A stretch of DNA of 64,000 bases from Parasitella parasitica NRRL 2501 (taxonomy: Eukaryota > Fungi > Mucoromycota). The stretch lies in the NCBI GenBank assembly GCA_025201805.1, contig MU619294.1:102072-166071 (forward strand), read 5' to 3'. The position numbers and the translations under genes were made by a program. The notes below the pieces were generated by a model. It made no database searches and had not been told where the DNA came from. It saw only the letters and a program-made list of their open reading frames with translations. Positions 36,166-49,123 of the stretch are shown here, in pieces. Positions within the stretch are counted from its first letter, which is position 1. Each line of letters starts with the position of its first letter.

Positions 36166-36969
36166 TTATTTATACTCTCCAACAAGCCGCTTGTGAGCAA
36201 CGGCCAGCTGAGCTTCCAGTTCCAACACTCGTTGTCTGTTACGCTGCTCCTTTTCTGTGGCATGATTTACTTCAATCTCCAGCACTGCCACTTTGACCCG
36301 CAACCGTTCATTGTCAACCTTTAGTAAATTGACTCTGTTCTCTAGTGTCTCCATTTTAACGGCTTTCCTTTGTCTTGATCTGCGTGCAGCATCTGTGTTA
36401 CGTTGTCGTTTTACTATCACATCAACGGGCGAACGACTGCTACCCCTCTTCTTTTTGGCGACGTTACTGCCGCTATTGCTAATGTCGCTATTGCTGATAG
36501 TACTCAACACAGGCGAGGGGGGAGGAGGGGTAGCGTACAAACGCTTCTTGCTGTGCTGCTTTTCTTTGGCAGATTGCTCGTTTTGGCGAATTGAGTTGAG
36601 CATTGAGTACACCTTGATAATTGGTATTAAATGGGGTGGCAATGACTGATCAACATTGCATTCCTGCTGCTCCTCTTTCGCTTGCTGCTTGGCCTTGGGA
36701 TCATGAGCAAGTAAGTTCTGCAATGAGCATTTCTTTGCATTGATGTTGCTGCTAATCTTGTCATTGCTCTGGATGTTGGCATCGTGATTACTGTTACTAG
36801 GATGCTGTGTTGTTGGTGCAGCAGTTGACTTGCGGCATTGGAATAAGCTGGATTGCTTCAAATCGTTTTCAAGCCAGTCGTCCAAAGCGTTGTTGTCTAA
36901 TCCCCAACTTGCTGAAGTCGTAGCCTCAACAGAACAAGTTGAGATTTCTCTTTTATCGCTTACTGACAT
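36166..36969 (-). CDS. bZIP transcription factor (Gcn4/CpcA-like basic region), intronless
   Basis: KRQRNTDAARRSRQRK followed by a leucine zipper (LENRVNLLKVDNERLRVKVAVLE). First ATG at 36969. Confidence 0.88.
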   Translation of the reverse strand: MSVSDKREISTCSVEATTSASWGLDNNALDDWLENDLKQSSLFQCRKSTAAPTTQHPSNSNHDANIQSNDKISSNINAKKCSLQNLLAHDPKAKQQAKEEQQECNVDQSLPPHLIPIIKVYSMLNSIRQNEQSAKEKQHSKKRLYATPPPPSPVLSTISNSDISNSGSNVAKKKRGSSRSPVDVIVKRQRNTDAARRSRQRKAVKMETLENRVNLLKVDNERLRVKVAVLEIEVNHATEKEQRNRQRVLELEAQLAVAHKRLVGEYK

Positions 36970-37751
36970 TTTTTGCAACTGATGTATGTACAAGAAAGAA
37001 GAGGGTGGTTCCAGATATGAAGCAATTTAAACCAGCTGCTAGATTATCACCTGGCATAGTGTAGTTTTGATTGGATGAATCGATGACAAGTTTTGTCTCC
37101 TCTCTCGGGTGAGCATGATGATTGGCTGTCCAAATGAGGAAGAAACTGTGTATTTTAGCATTTTGTCGTTTGAATGCAAAAAATATAGGAACATTTAACT
37201 TGTGGCACGGCTAAACAGGGTCAGCGCTTATAATCGTCCCTATTTCTCTCACTTGAGGCCAATGCACAGGCTAGCGACGGCGAATTGAGTTGGCCATGTT
37301 GGCGGGCAGCTATTTGATTTGTGCAAAGATTCTCCATGAAGGGTATGTTGAGTCAGAGATTCCAATGCATTTGTATTGGGTGATAAGCGCATAATGAGCG
37401 TTAATCTTGGCGATGACCAATCAGACAGCAGGCTCAACTGTTTCCTTGCGTTACATAAATATAGGCCGATTTTCGATCTTGAATTTATTAAAATATTGAG
37501 AATAGATATAATACATTTATATACCATGAAATAAAGTATAGGTGTGGATGAGGAGGGGGTTTTTTTTGATACATGGTTATATAGCAAGAGAGTGTACATC
37601 TTTTTCCAAAATTAAAAGCACAAGAAATATTGGCACACCTCCGAAACGTGTATATTTTGTGTTATAAAACTGATTGTGCCAATATTTTTAGTGCCATTAA
37701 TGTTGGAAAAAGGTGTATAGCAAGGAGATCTTGTACAAACGTATGACAAGA

Positions 37752-39287
37752 TTATTCAATTGACCACATATTATCACTTGGAGCAGGTTTTGGTTTGCTG
37801 TTGCTGTTATCTGCCTCCAATAGGGTTTTGCTAGCATTTGCTGGATTTGCGCTCATCTCATAGTCATCGATGCTCTCATGATCAATAGCTGTTTGCTCGA
37901 CTTTATACATTTTGTTTTTAGGCAAAGTTTTGTCCTTGAAGATGAGCACGTTATTTTTGACATTCCAAAAGCATCTGCAGGCTACTACAACTGTCATCAG
38001 GATCAGCACTGCAGCCACTACTGTTGTGAAGATCAAAAATTGGCGAGTGTGCTGATAGGGATCGTAGCCATCAGGGTGCGGCTGAACAATGATGACGATT
38101 CTGTAGACAAAGTAGCCGATAGACATGACTCCACCAGTAATGAAAGCCAACATGGCATACTTGTTTTCCTGATACACTGCAATCAACGCTAGGGATAATC
38201 CAATACCGCCTAAAACAAATACCAACACAGTCTCTGTAATTGTGTTGTGATAGCCTAGTCTTTGGGACGGAATCAGTTGTGCTGCAAATGAAAATACGAA
38301 GAAGAAATCAAGCTTCAGCAAAGTTAGCAAGAGACTTGTCATTATCAAGGCATTGCGGATCCTATTCATTATACATGTTAGGCATGACTAGTTCTGACGT
38401 GGTGGTGCGCAGGCGTTACCTCATGTCTGCAGAGAAATTTCTATAGTTATCCCAAGCAAATTGTTTGCGCAATTTCCAGCCGAAAAACGCCAATACGACA
38501 AAGAATGCGGGGATCATGGCAATTATGGTATATTCAATGGGTCTCATGATATTGCGGTAGAACTCTTTGGCAGAATCCATGCCAAATAGATTGGCTTGCC
38601 AGCGTGAGTCAACAGGCCTCCAGAAATCTTCATTTCCGCTATATGATATATAAATATGTTCATTAAGCTGTGTTTTAGAGTTTGTACGTCAAAAGATGCT
38701 CACCATACTGCCTCCTCCAATATGACATGTTGCTCGAGTTGGATGCCAGCATAACTACAAATATAATTGTTGGTCATTTACGATAACTAATCAATAAGCA
38801 GGTTTAAAGCGCTTACACTATAAGTAGATAAGCATTAATTTAGTAGAGTAGGCAAAATAATTCTGATACGACATACCGACTACCAAAAGGCCAAATGTGA
38901 TCAGAGCACACAATTGAGCTATGTATAATATTAGCCTGGGCGTACGTTATATACTGCTTGCAGTAGCTACCTGTATTTCTTTGATACAAAGCATCTACAC
39001 ATAAAATAACTTGAAATACTTGAGCAATGATGAATAAGGAATGGTAGATCAAGTCAGATTCGCTGACACCTGTATGGTTATGGCTGACATGAGTACACAC
39101 ATATGCAACCAAATCGGTCTCACAAACCTATGCCAGTAGAGTCTGGATTGCAGTTACTAACAAGGCCTAAATGGTTCATAATGACAATGCCCTCCAATAT
39201 GCAAATGAGGACGGCTTCGAATGTCACCAAAGAGATTGTTAGTATCGATTCCTTGGTTTTGAATATAGGGTTTTCTCTCAAAGTCAT
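37752..39287 (-). CDS. Multipass membrane protein (UPF0658 Golgi membrane protein-like), multi-exon
   Basis: LIYHSLFIIAQVFQVILCVDALYQRNT, FAWDNYRNFSADMR/IRNALI...LLKLDFFFVFSFAAQL, several hydrophobic helices. Confidence 0.7.
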
Positions 39288-41285
39288 TGTTGTACGTAGA
39301 TCTAAAGAGAGGAAAGAAAGGAAAGAAAAAAGTTAAAAATAAAGCCAATGCTATTTTATAGGTTGTTATGTTGTACTACTTGTTGAATGTGTCTATATAC
39401 TACATATGTGGGTGCCCTTTCACAACCATTGACATTATTTAAAGCAATTTAGGCTTTTCAAGTTTGGGGCGCAGTCTTGTTTTTCTTTAAAATTTACTGC
39501 AATCATGGGATGACAACTAATAAAACACACCTCGACTGGATCCTTCACATTAGCCGAGAAATTAAACGTTTAAATCTCTTATGTTTAAGAATATTTATCG
39601 AGAATTCAAAGGTTCTACTAGTATAAAAGTGGACCCAGATCTACCGACTGATAAATGTAACGGAAAGGTCCAAGTGTAACCATAGGAACTCTCTACATAC
39701 AGTACACCATGTATCATGGATCTTATTTTGTCTTTACCCGACATGTGTGGACATTTTCTCGGCTCGTTAAGAATGAATACATGAGATATATATATGCCAC
39801 TAGTATTAAACAAATGGTCTTGATGCTATAGCATGCATTATTTTCGGTTCTATCCTTTTACGAATCATATTGACAAAATGGGTTAAACACATTTGCCCAC
39901 TATACTTTTTACCATTCAAAAGGGGACACACCTTCTCCTTTTTTTTCTTTTTTTTTTTTTTACTCATCAAAAATCAAAGAAGGATATCCTCCTCGCAAAA
40001 ACGCTTCCATAGCTGTGGAATTACCTGTTGCTCAATATGAAAATATATGTTGGCAGCACATGTTTATATACTAAAATAACGTGTATCGATTATACCATTT
40101 CTTGATATTCTGTTTGTTTGTAGAACAAGAAATGGCTTAGACGATTGATTCGTTTAAATCTGGAATCCGTGTCCCTCTAGAAGCCATCTTCATTTTGTAA
40201 TAGTATAACATTTGACGTTTTCTTTCGTGGCATATTGTTTATGGATACGCAAGAACCTCTGGCTCTTTGGGACTTGCTCATCAATTCGATTTGTAGGTCA
40301 TCTAGAATCATCACATAATTACTAATGTTACCAACCAAATGGTAATTTATCGCCTAGAGTTCAGCTCTTCCAAAGCAAGATTATTTTGTATGGAAACTAT
40401 GTATTAAGTTTTGGTCCTACACATGTGCTAGATGATCTTGATTTACAAAGAGCTTGATTGAACGCAACAAATATTTTATATTATATAAAATACTTGTGTT
40501 ACCAATGGTCAATTAAAAATAAGATATATTGAGACTTGTGCATATGAATACCAGTTCATGCTCGTAGTTCTTTCAATTATGACATCCATAATCTCATGCT
40601 CAGAAGATTACTGTATACTTTGCTGTGATTCAGTACTGGTACTGGAGGAAAAATTCTGTTCTCCAATGACTTGAGTTTTCGCTTGAAATGTTGATTAAAA
40701 GTTGGTCTTGATAAAGATTAAACTGTGCAGCACTATCGTTTGGTTTGTTCCCCAAATCACTAAAAGGAAACAAAAAAGCTGTCTCTATTATTTATGGTTG
40801 ATATCCTGAGCATGGAAAAGATGACAGTTCATTCGATCCTACGACCTAGCACTGTTTTTTGTATAAAGAATACAGCGCATTCTGGGAGCACAAGTGCTTT
40901 AACAGTCAATTTCTTTAAACATCTGGTTTATCGAATACTCATAACAGAATGTAGAATCCCAGTTTCTCATCAAATGTGAATATCAAGACATATGGTTCAA
41001 AAAAGTGTCTCTCAATCAACAAACTGTTGGTTCCAAAACAGCTTAATAGCACTGCGGTTACCACAGCTATTGTTTACAAGGTTAGACAGCTGTTAAATCC
41101 TATGAGAATAATAAAGACTCATTTGACATCACTTCCAAAGCTAGAGATATCGTATAGCTTGTGACCATGAATTGCGTTCATATGGAAAGAGATGCAGATC
41201 AGTGGACCTTGATCTGTACATACAATTGCAGCAGTTTAGAACACTTGATAACGTGGCATACTTCACCAAGCTAATCTAATGTATC

Positions 41286-42776
41286 GCCACACCTGTTTTA
41301 TCGCTTTACTATGAAGAAAGGTATACTTGTGATATCAAAAATACTTACTTTTAGAGCTGTGTCATTTACTAGAATTGATATTTGACGTGATATCATCTCC
41401 AAATAGATATTTTTACAGCTTAAAAGCATGAAATTTAGCTTTGTGTGCCACTTTTTGATTGATTTTTACAATCAAAAGTGTCTTGAAAGCACCAGAAATA
41501 GTATCCACTGGGAAGAAACTATATTATATATGATTTTGGTGCAATTTGAGCATGATTTTTTTTTCGATGCAAAATGACGGATTTTTTCGATTTTTTCCTT
41601 GTATCCACCCATCCAAAATCATCGATTATGCATTATCCTCGATTTTGACCTCAAAAATGCAACTTTTTACTATAGCATATATTAGAAGAAAATGATCGTG
41701 AAAGTCCATTTCTTGATCTGAAAGACTGGAAATGCGCTCTGATTAAGCAAAATGTTGACTTTCCTCTCTTAATCTGTTTTCGAAGTTTTCTCAACAGAAC
41801 TAATTCCATAAGCATACCGGAATTATGAAATGATACCGTCGTATAGAGCGCCCAAAAATACAGCTATTATCATAGACTGACAGCCGTGGTATGCATAGTA
41901 TCAGAGGATGATATCTTGCCTCAAAGGAGTAATTTTGTTTTCGAAATGTCCAAATTGAGTTTCTGAAAGAATTTTTTCTTCCTGGTTTTGGACGCGTTTA
42001 ATCTCCGCTATCAGAGAAAAATGATTTTTTTTTTGAAGAAAGCATTAGTTTTGAGAAGCTATAGATTAAATAAATTAAGAGAAAAACAATCGAAAAATAG
42101 TTTGTTCAAATGGTGTGCTTCTTGGCTTTCTAATGGTAGTGCTTTCATGTCTTTACCTGGCCTGACAATCTCACGCTCCGATTTTGAAAAGTACTTTGCC
42201 GAAAAGAGCTAGAAAGGTCGCTACATACATCTTATGCCAACTTGGAAGGTACAAAAATTTGCTCTAAGCTACGCAAATATGTTATCAAAAGGTGTCTTAT
42301 AGTCTAATGCATTACTTTGAATTACTTTTTTTTATGTTTGAGATCACTAAATATTGTTTTCTTACAAGACACACTAAANNNNNNNNNNNNNNNNNNNNAA
42401 AAAAAAAAAAAAGGCGCCTTGGCAAAGGCACACACTTTTGAACCATTCCAATACTTACACCCAAAATTACAGATGTTTGTCAATAGACAACCGTAACTTT
42501 TTTTGAAGAATACCTTGAACTTAAAGACATGATGTATTTCACAACACATTCTCTTTGTATTTTCACTATGAATGAAACAAAGCAATTACTCCTTTTCTCT
42601 AAATATGAAATCCCCACTTAAAATCTTTTTAGGGAGACGTTTCTCTTCTCTTAGAAACTTCTTCGCTTTAACCAGTAATAATAGGCTTGTTATCAGAAAC
42701 CCTAATAATATTACCACAAACACTGTGACATGTATCATCTACTTGAAATTTTATTTCAGAAACCATAAAAAGACTT
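41286..42776 (+). mobile_element. Second, inverted, deleted copy of the 13287-15201 Tc1-like element (one TIR only)
   Basis: Reverse complement of 13287-15067, ending in the TIR followed by TA (42777-42778). It lacks the ~270-bp DDE segment (13627-13896 equivalent). SLPGLTISRSDFEKYFAEK (~42145-42210) resembles a Tc1 HTH region. An N gap lies at 42379-42398. Confidence 0.9.
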
Positions 42777-43406
42777 TATTTCGCGTTAGGGCGTCCAATC
42801 GACTGATTTAGCACATCGTAACTAGTTCGCTTCTGCTTTTGCATGCCAGTCTGGCAATGTCGAGACCCTCCGCTTAGCCCAGTGAATCATTGGGAATGAG
42901 GTCATTTCTCCCCACGATCTAGTCAGAGTCAATTTTGCTGACTTTCAGTGATAACTTCAGATTTTTTTTTGAGATTCATCGAAAAGTGGGGTTGCCAAAA
43001 ACACCTGTATCAAATAGAGTCAATATTTTGGCTACCTCCACACCGGTTCTTCTATAACGCGCTTAGATTACTGTATGTGCGCAATCTTGTTTTGCCATAA
43101 TGAAATGAAGACGGCTGATTCAATTCCCCATTTGGAAGATATTGGCCGATGAATCTCCTACTTTGAACAAATGGAAGCTGAAACTTAGCTGCTGCTTAAA
43201 GTCCGGGATAATTATTTACAACATCACTTGATTGGCTAAAAGCGAGCAGAAATTTCTTTTGCCTTTGGATTATAGATACAATGCAATACTTTTTTGTCTA
43301 TAAATGGTAGTTATGCAAGAACTGAGATAATATGAAAGACTATAAAAGAGGTTACAAAATCTTTCATCTTGCGTTTTATCTAATTTAAAATATCCTTACA
43401 TTCAAG

Positions 43407-45397
43407 ATGGAGTACGAACAGATAATAAAAAGCATTGAGAAAGCTTCTCATCAAGCAATCGAATATCTTTCAAATCGATCCAATCTGGAGAAGATTGGTA
43501 AAATCACTGCCATTTCAGTCGCTACTTACGTTGCTGCAGATGTAAATCGTCAAAACATTGAATATCTGATTGCCGTATTAACAAACTTGGCTCTTATTTC
43601 TTGTAGACACTTTATGACGCATTCTTTGGTCCCCTTTGCAAAATTCCTGGCCCATTCTGGAGCAGGTTTATTGATTTTCCAAAGTTCATCTACAATAGAC
43701 CTAGTGGAACAAGGTAAAAAGCTATTGTTTACATGCAATCATTGTCGTTGGGCTGACTTTTTTTTTGCAGTTACAAGGCCATTTTGGGTTTCCATGACAA
43801 ATACGGTGATGTTATTCGGTTGGGCCCTAAACTAATTGCTGTTGCAGATAAAGAAATGATCAAGCAGATCCTTGTCACTGATGATTTCCCAAAGGCTACT
43901 ATTTACGAAGTCTTCCAAAGTAAATAGTTTTGCATCACCATTTATCCGCTAGTTCGGGTCCGTTAACCATGCTATTTTTTTTTTTTTTTTTTCGTAGAGA
44001 GAGGATCCCATACTCTATTCAGTACTACAGACTCTATCTGGCATAAAAAGAGGGTGAGTATACAACGTCTTGCCTAAATAACACTCATTAACCTCGGCCT
44101 TGCTTTTCAGAGAAGAGTCGTGTCTCCTGCCTTTTCTATCAAGTATCTCAACTCCTTGGAGCCTTTCATGACCACTGTCACTGAAAGTCTGGTACACAAG
44201 ATCGATTCCGATATCGCTAATGATCACGACGAGCTGAATTATGGCACGGTTGATATTTGGAACTTGGTTCAACGTCTTGCTTTAGATGTGATTGGCGAGA
44301 CAGCATTCGGCCAAACCTTCCACATGGTTGAAGATAACAGCCATTTCGTCCCAAGTGCAATTGGACAAGAGATGAAGTCTAGTGCTATTAGTGTCATGTA
44401 CCCTATTCTGTCTAAATTTATCTTGCCTAATGGCGGCAAGACAGACCCCAGATTACAAAAGGTAAAAAGTTTTTTTTTTTTCATTACAAATTGTGTGGTC
44501 AAAGGCATTGAACAATATCGTTTAGTTCCTTACTGGCGTCATTGAAGATCGCTTGCATAAAACTGAAGGCGAGAAACGAAAAGACATCCTCCAATTCTTG
44601 ATTGATGTGCAACATGCTGCCGACACTGACGACAGCTTGACAGCTGAATCCATCATGGCCGAAACTGTCTTGTTCCTGATCGCCGGTTCTGAAACGACTA
44701 GCAATTCAATCGGGTTTGCCATCATCAATCTTTTACGCAACCCTGACAAGCTCAAGAAACTCTATGAGGAGCTAGATGGCGTAGAAAGGGAAAAAGGCCA
44801 AATGGTTTTCCACCATGAGCAGCTCAAGCATCTTCCATACCTCAACGCTGTTATTCAGGAGACCTTACGTGTGGATAGTATTGCGGCGGCTGGCCTTTCA
44901 CGCCGTGCGCCCACAGACACAATGCTCGCTGGTCGTGTCTATGTGCCAAAAGATGTGAGTAAATTGGGGTTCGCAAATGCGTCTATCATGCACTAATTGC
45001 GTCTTTTAGACAACTGTGATCTGTAGTTTGTATCATGTTCAAAAGAATGACAAATATTGGCCTCATGCCCAGGAGTTTAGACCAGAAAGATGGATTGAAA
45101 ATGAAGGACAAGACGAGAAGAATGATTTAGATGCTTTCTTCACCTTTAGTGCTGGGTAAAGTATTGACTGTTGCCAGAATATGTGTCCATGTTTTAATCA
45201 TAGTGTGTAGATCAAGGAACTGTATAGGAAAAAACTTTGCTTTACAGGAAATGCGTATTGCAATTGCTACTCTATTAAAAACGTTTGAAATCAAGGCTAT
45301 CGATCAAGAAATGGAAGATGCCAAAGACCGCAGACAATTCATCACATTGACTGTCCCCAAGAACAGCTTTAACGTCAAGATTAAACGCAGAAATTAA
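43407..45397 (+). CDS. Cytochrome P450 monooxygenase, multi-exon
   Basis: GPLCKIPGP, I-helix AGSETTS, ETLR (ExxR), FRPERW, heme motif FSAG/SRNCIG. Confidence 0.93.
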
Positions 45398-45444
45398 CAT
45401 ATACCTCATTCTCTTGATTATTTCAAATAAACAAACAGGATTTT

Positions 45445-46609
45445 TCATTCAAAAACACATGATGTATTTCTAAGTTGATCTAGTCGTACTTTAGGAGATG
45501 CCCCAGAGTTCCAGCTTTCATCGCCGTTATGGTATACAGGGACACCCACTTGTTCTACAGTGTAACTAGCAGAGACAGCCCCATACAAGGCAGACTCTTT
45601 TACATTGCCGTCCGTGTGGATGTAGCCATAGCAGTAACCTCCACAGAACGAGTTTCCAGCACCTGTAACGTCTACTACGTGATCCCCGTCAGTTTTCCAG
45701 CTCCAAAATGCTGGCGTCCAATGAGCAAGGCCGGGCATGTCGCTTGTCATTGTCATGGCCCCGAATTTACTGCATCTCACCACCAAAACGACATACTTGT
45801 CCCCTATTTTTTTCATAAACTGTTCCCCACAATATTCGATGCTATCCTTTATCTTGTTGTTGTGTCTCCTCAGTATGGTATCAAACTTTGACCCAAGCAT
45901 CTCTGCCAATTCTTCGTGATTGGGTGTAACAATATCCACTCTTTCGACTGCTTTGTATATAAGATCCAAGTTCTGCATGTGCAAATTGTTAACATTTGGA
46001 GGGAATATTGGAGGAAGCGGACTCTTACTTCTGGTAGACATGCCCATGGCAAAGGCTCCCACAAAAATTTGGTTTTTCTTGAAGCTCCAAGATCGAGCTC
46101 CCTTTGTTTCCATTGATCAACAATATCAATCGCTCTTTCTGGAGAGCATATCAAATGTAGGATCTTTACAGATTTTATCCAATCACCGGGAAAGTCATCT
46201 GTGGTTGCTCGAATTATAGGATGGATATACTCAAAGTCTCTATGATCGTTGTTTCCAAACGTATTCAACCCCCTTGTTGTATGTTTATCGCTGTGAAATT
46301 TCGTAATGAGAGAAAGGCCAAGCTGGTTTATTTGTTCATCAATTTCTTTGGGATAATCAAACCCTTTGTGGATGATATAACCAACGTTTTTCGACTGGTC
46401 GTTTGGCTGCCAAAGTCTCATACCTGCATTGTTTAGAAGGGGGGTTTTTTTTTGTTTCGTGGTAAATTCATTGATATTTTGTTACCATATACAGCAAATA
46501 CACCAGCACCACCTAGCACATTATGAGCTTTTCTACCATCTTTGTATATAATGTCGTCAATAATAAGACTTCCTATGGAAGCAAAAACAGGGACAGTGTC
46601 CAAACACAT
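45445..46609 (-). CDS. PfkB/ribokinase-family kinase (MAK32-like)
   Basis: VFASIGSLIIDDI, LGGAGVFAVYG/MRLW, WEPLPWAC, TPNHEE, VVDVTGAGNSFCGG, SASYTVEQVGVP. Confidence 0.88.
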
Positions 46610-46904
46610 TAAAAATAAAACGAAAGAGAGCGACCGAATTAAGCGCAAATACTCGTTTTCTCGGATAGTCCAATGACGTTCCAGTCGTTGATTGCCTGGC
46701 AGTATAATTTATGCGAAGCCTGCACCATTTCTTCTCTGTGAGCATTACCAAGTAAATTGAGGTCGTTTTTAACATCAAGCAGTCGCTTCGCTGATGTTGG
46801 CCATGATTGCCTGTATGTTAATAAGGAAGGAAAAAAAAATTGGCAACTTTGGATTTTTTTACACTCATCAGTATGTATATACCATAGAATGTTACTCTCT
46901 GCTA

Positions 46905-47360
46905 CAGTCTTGCGCTAAATAAAGATCAATGACGAGCAATCCTAATAGGTAGATTTTCTTCGCTCATAAGCCGATTGCTTCAATCCTGGTGAATGAAGAG
47001 GTAGCCTTTGGCTTTCAATTTTCCGTAACTTCGGATTGGATTGATGTGTGGAAGCTTTACCCATTACGATTTAACTTCCCTCAAAAATTTCATAGAGATC
47101 CTTTGCACTAAGACGCTCGTCCATAAACTTGATAAAATGAGCAGTAGCCGTATCTTTTGGTGCTGGTCATAATCAAGTTGCTCTTTTATATACTCACTAT
47201 GCTCGGTTGTAAATGAGTTTTACGGACCACTGCTTTGTGCAGACTTTTATACGCAACCTCTTCTGCCCCTTCATGATGCTTCCATCATCTTAACGCAGTG
47301 CTTTTTTATTTTGCATTTGAAGTGCACCTTTATTATCTCTATCTTGACGCAGTGCGCTAA
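46905..47360 (-). mobile_element. Internally deleted Tc1/IS630 transposase relic
   Basis: Minus strand: PKDTATAHFIKFMDERL...EGS*IVMGKASTHQSNPKLRKIES...LPLHSPGL...NRLMSEENLPIRIA, a decayed GTTTAHF...DNASIH...LPPYSPEL pattern. TA|CAGT at 46903-46908; short repeats ATCTTRACGCAGTGC at ~47247 and ~47341. Boundaries uncertain. Confidence 0.65.
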
Positions 47361-47988
47361 TTAATATTTATTAGCTGAAAACATTCCATTTTTACTTTTT
47401 TTTTTTTAAAAAAAAAAAGTACAGTTGCCATTTAAAGTAGTATTCATACAAAATTTGAACTTTCAAGTCAAAAAGTGTATTCAGCTTCGGGTACGAATTG
47501 CTCACATTTTTTAGTCGAGTATCAAATAAAAAACTATCATTGAATAAAGAATCGACAAACTGGTAATGTATATTAGCTTGATATAATTTTAAAGAGATTG
47601 ATGAAATTGTATTCAGCTGATCAAATATAGTAAAAAACGCATCATCAGGGGGGACCATTAATACTTCCATAATCAACAGATTACAGTTTGAATGTAAAAC
47701 TAAAAACCAGTCGCTTTGGGTTTTGTTTGGCTTTTCGACTTTCATTCTTTTTTCATTCTAAAAAGCATGAAAAGCAAGGACTTGGCACGGTCAACGCCAG
47801 TAGATTTTTATATTCCAGAAATCAGCAAAAAAATAAAAAACAGTAGGTTTCAACTAAACTATTCATATTTTGTGTTGGTTGATTTATTTTTTTTTTAATC
47901 CGAATTAGCTACCCAATTTTTTGTTGATACAAACTACCAATATATACCATTCAACAATAACAAACCACAGTTTTTTTATTCGAGATTT

Positions 47989-48967
47989 ATGCCACCAAAC
48001 AATTCCACGATAAAGACCAGTATAGATACAAACAATGACGAGTTTGATTCATTATTACAAAAATTAACAGACCTTACTGTTGACGAAGCGCCCAAAGAAG
48101 ACGTAGTGGATTATAGACCAGAGATACTCGACTTCAAAAAGGATATCCTCAACGTAAATTACATCTTCACCAAACAAGCCGTCTAGATTTGTTTATTTAC
48201 TAAAGTGATGCCAATAGATTCTTATCGAACCTCAAGTAAAGGACACCACATTTGAAGATCGATTTAAAGATACAGAAATTCCTGCGCCCAAGGAAGTTGT
48301 ACCCCCATTAACAGATCAAGAAAACGCAATTGTGGACCGTCTATTCAAAAAGGGACAGCATGGAGAAATATCGAGCTTAAGCAAGGCAACCGTCAGCTAT
48401 CAAGATATATACCGTCTTTACCCAGAAACATGGCTGAACGATGAGATCATCAACTTTTACTTTGAGCTGATATCAGACCGTGCCAGCAAATCCAAAGAGC
48501 TTCCTTCCCTTCACTGCTTTAATACGTTCTTTTGTTCGACACTACGAGACCAAGGATTCGCCAAAGTCAAGAGATGGACAAAGAGAGTCGATATATTCGC
48601 CAAAGATGTTTTGTTCGTCCCCATAAACCAATCTTACCATTGGGTGTTGGGGATGATGGACATGAACAAGAAAATAGTAGCTGTGTACGATTCCCTGGGC
48701 GGCAATCATGATCATACACTGAGCCTGTTTCTGTCATATCTAGAGCAAGAGCACTTGGATAAGAAGAAGACGCCGTTTGACACATCTGACTGGCAGAAGC
48801 AGACACCAAAGGATATTCCTCAACAAGGAAATATGTCAGACTGTGGGGCATTTACATGTACATTTGCAGAGAGATTATCTCGACAAAAGCCATTCAACTT
48901 TACCCAACAAGACATGGAAACTGTTCGTCGTAGAATGGCATTAAATATATACAATAAAGCTATTTAA
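47989..48967 (+). CDS. ULP1: Ulp1-family (C48) SUMO protease, one intron
   Basis: WLNDEIINFY, FNTFF, VKRWTKR, catalytic His (SYHWVL), Asp (VYDS) and Gln/Cys (PQQGNMSDCG). Confidence 0.92.
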
Positions 48968-49039
48968 AAAAAAAAATCAATTTAATTTTTTTTTTTTTTT
49001 TTTATATGTGTATATATGTTGACAATAAAGAGATAGTAA

Positions 49040-49065
49040 GAGAGAGAGAGAGAGAGAGAGAGAGA
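49040..49065. repeat. (GA)n microsatellite between the convergent ULP1 and RPB2 3' ends
   Basis: Run of ~13 GA units read directly. Confidence 0.9.
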
Positions 49066-49123
49066 AGTATGGTTTTTTTTTTTGTGCAAAGGGGCTTATA
49101 TATGAAGTTGGTTTTCACAGAAA

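Noticed and set aside
37112-37177. Possible C/D-box snoRNA (ATGATGA with GCAT/ATGC ends)
   Set aside because: The D box would be TTGA rather than CTGA, and no guide complementarity could be identified.
40560-41280. Possible LINE reverse-transcriptase 3' remnant (e.g. SFDITSKARDI)
   Set aside because: Only a few suggestive residues across many stops; cannot be supported without a profile search.
47420-47930. Possible MITE starting TA|CAGTTGCC
   Set aside because: No matching inverted terminus or second copy found in the window.
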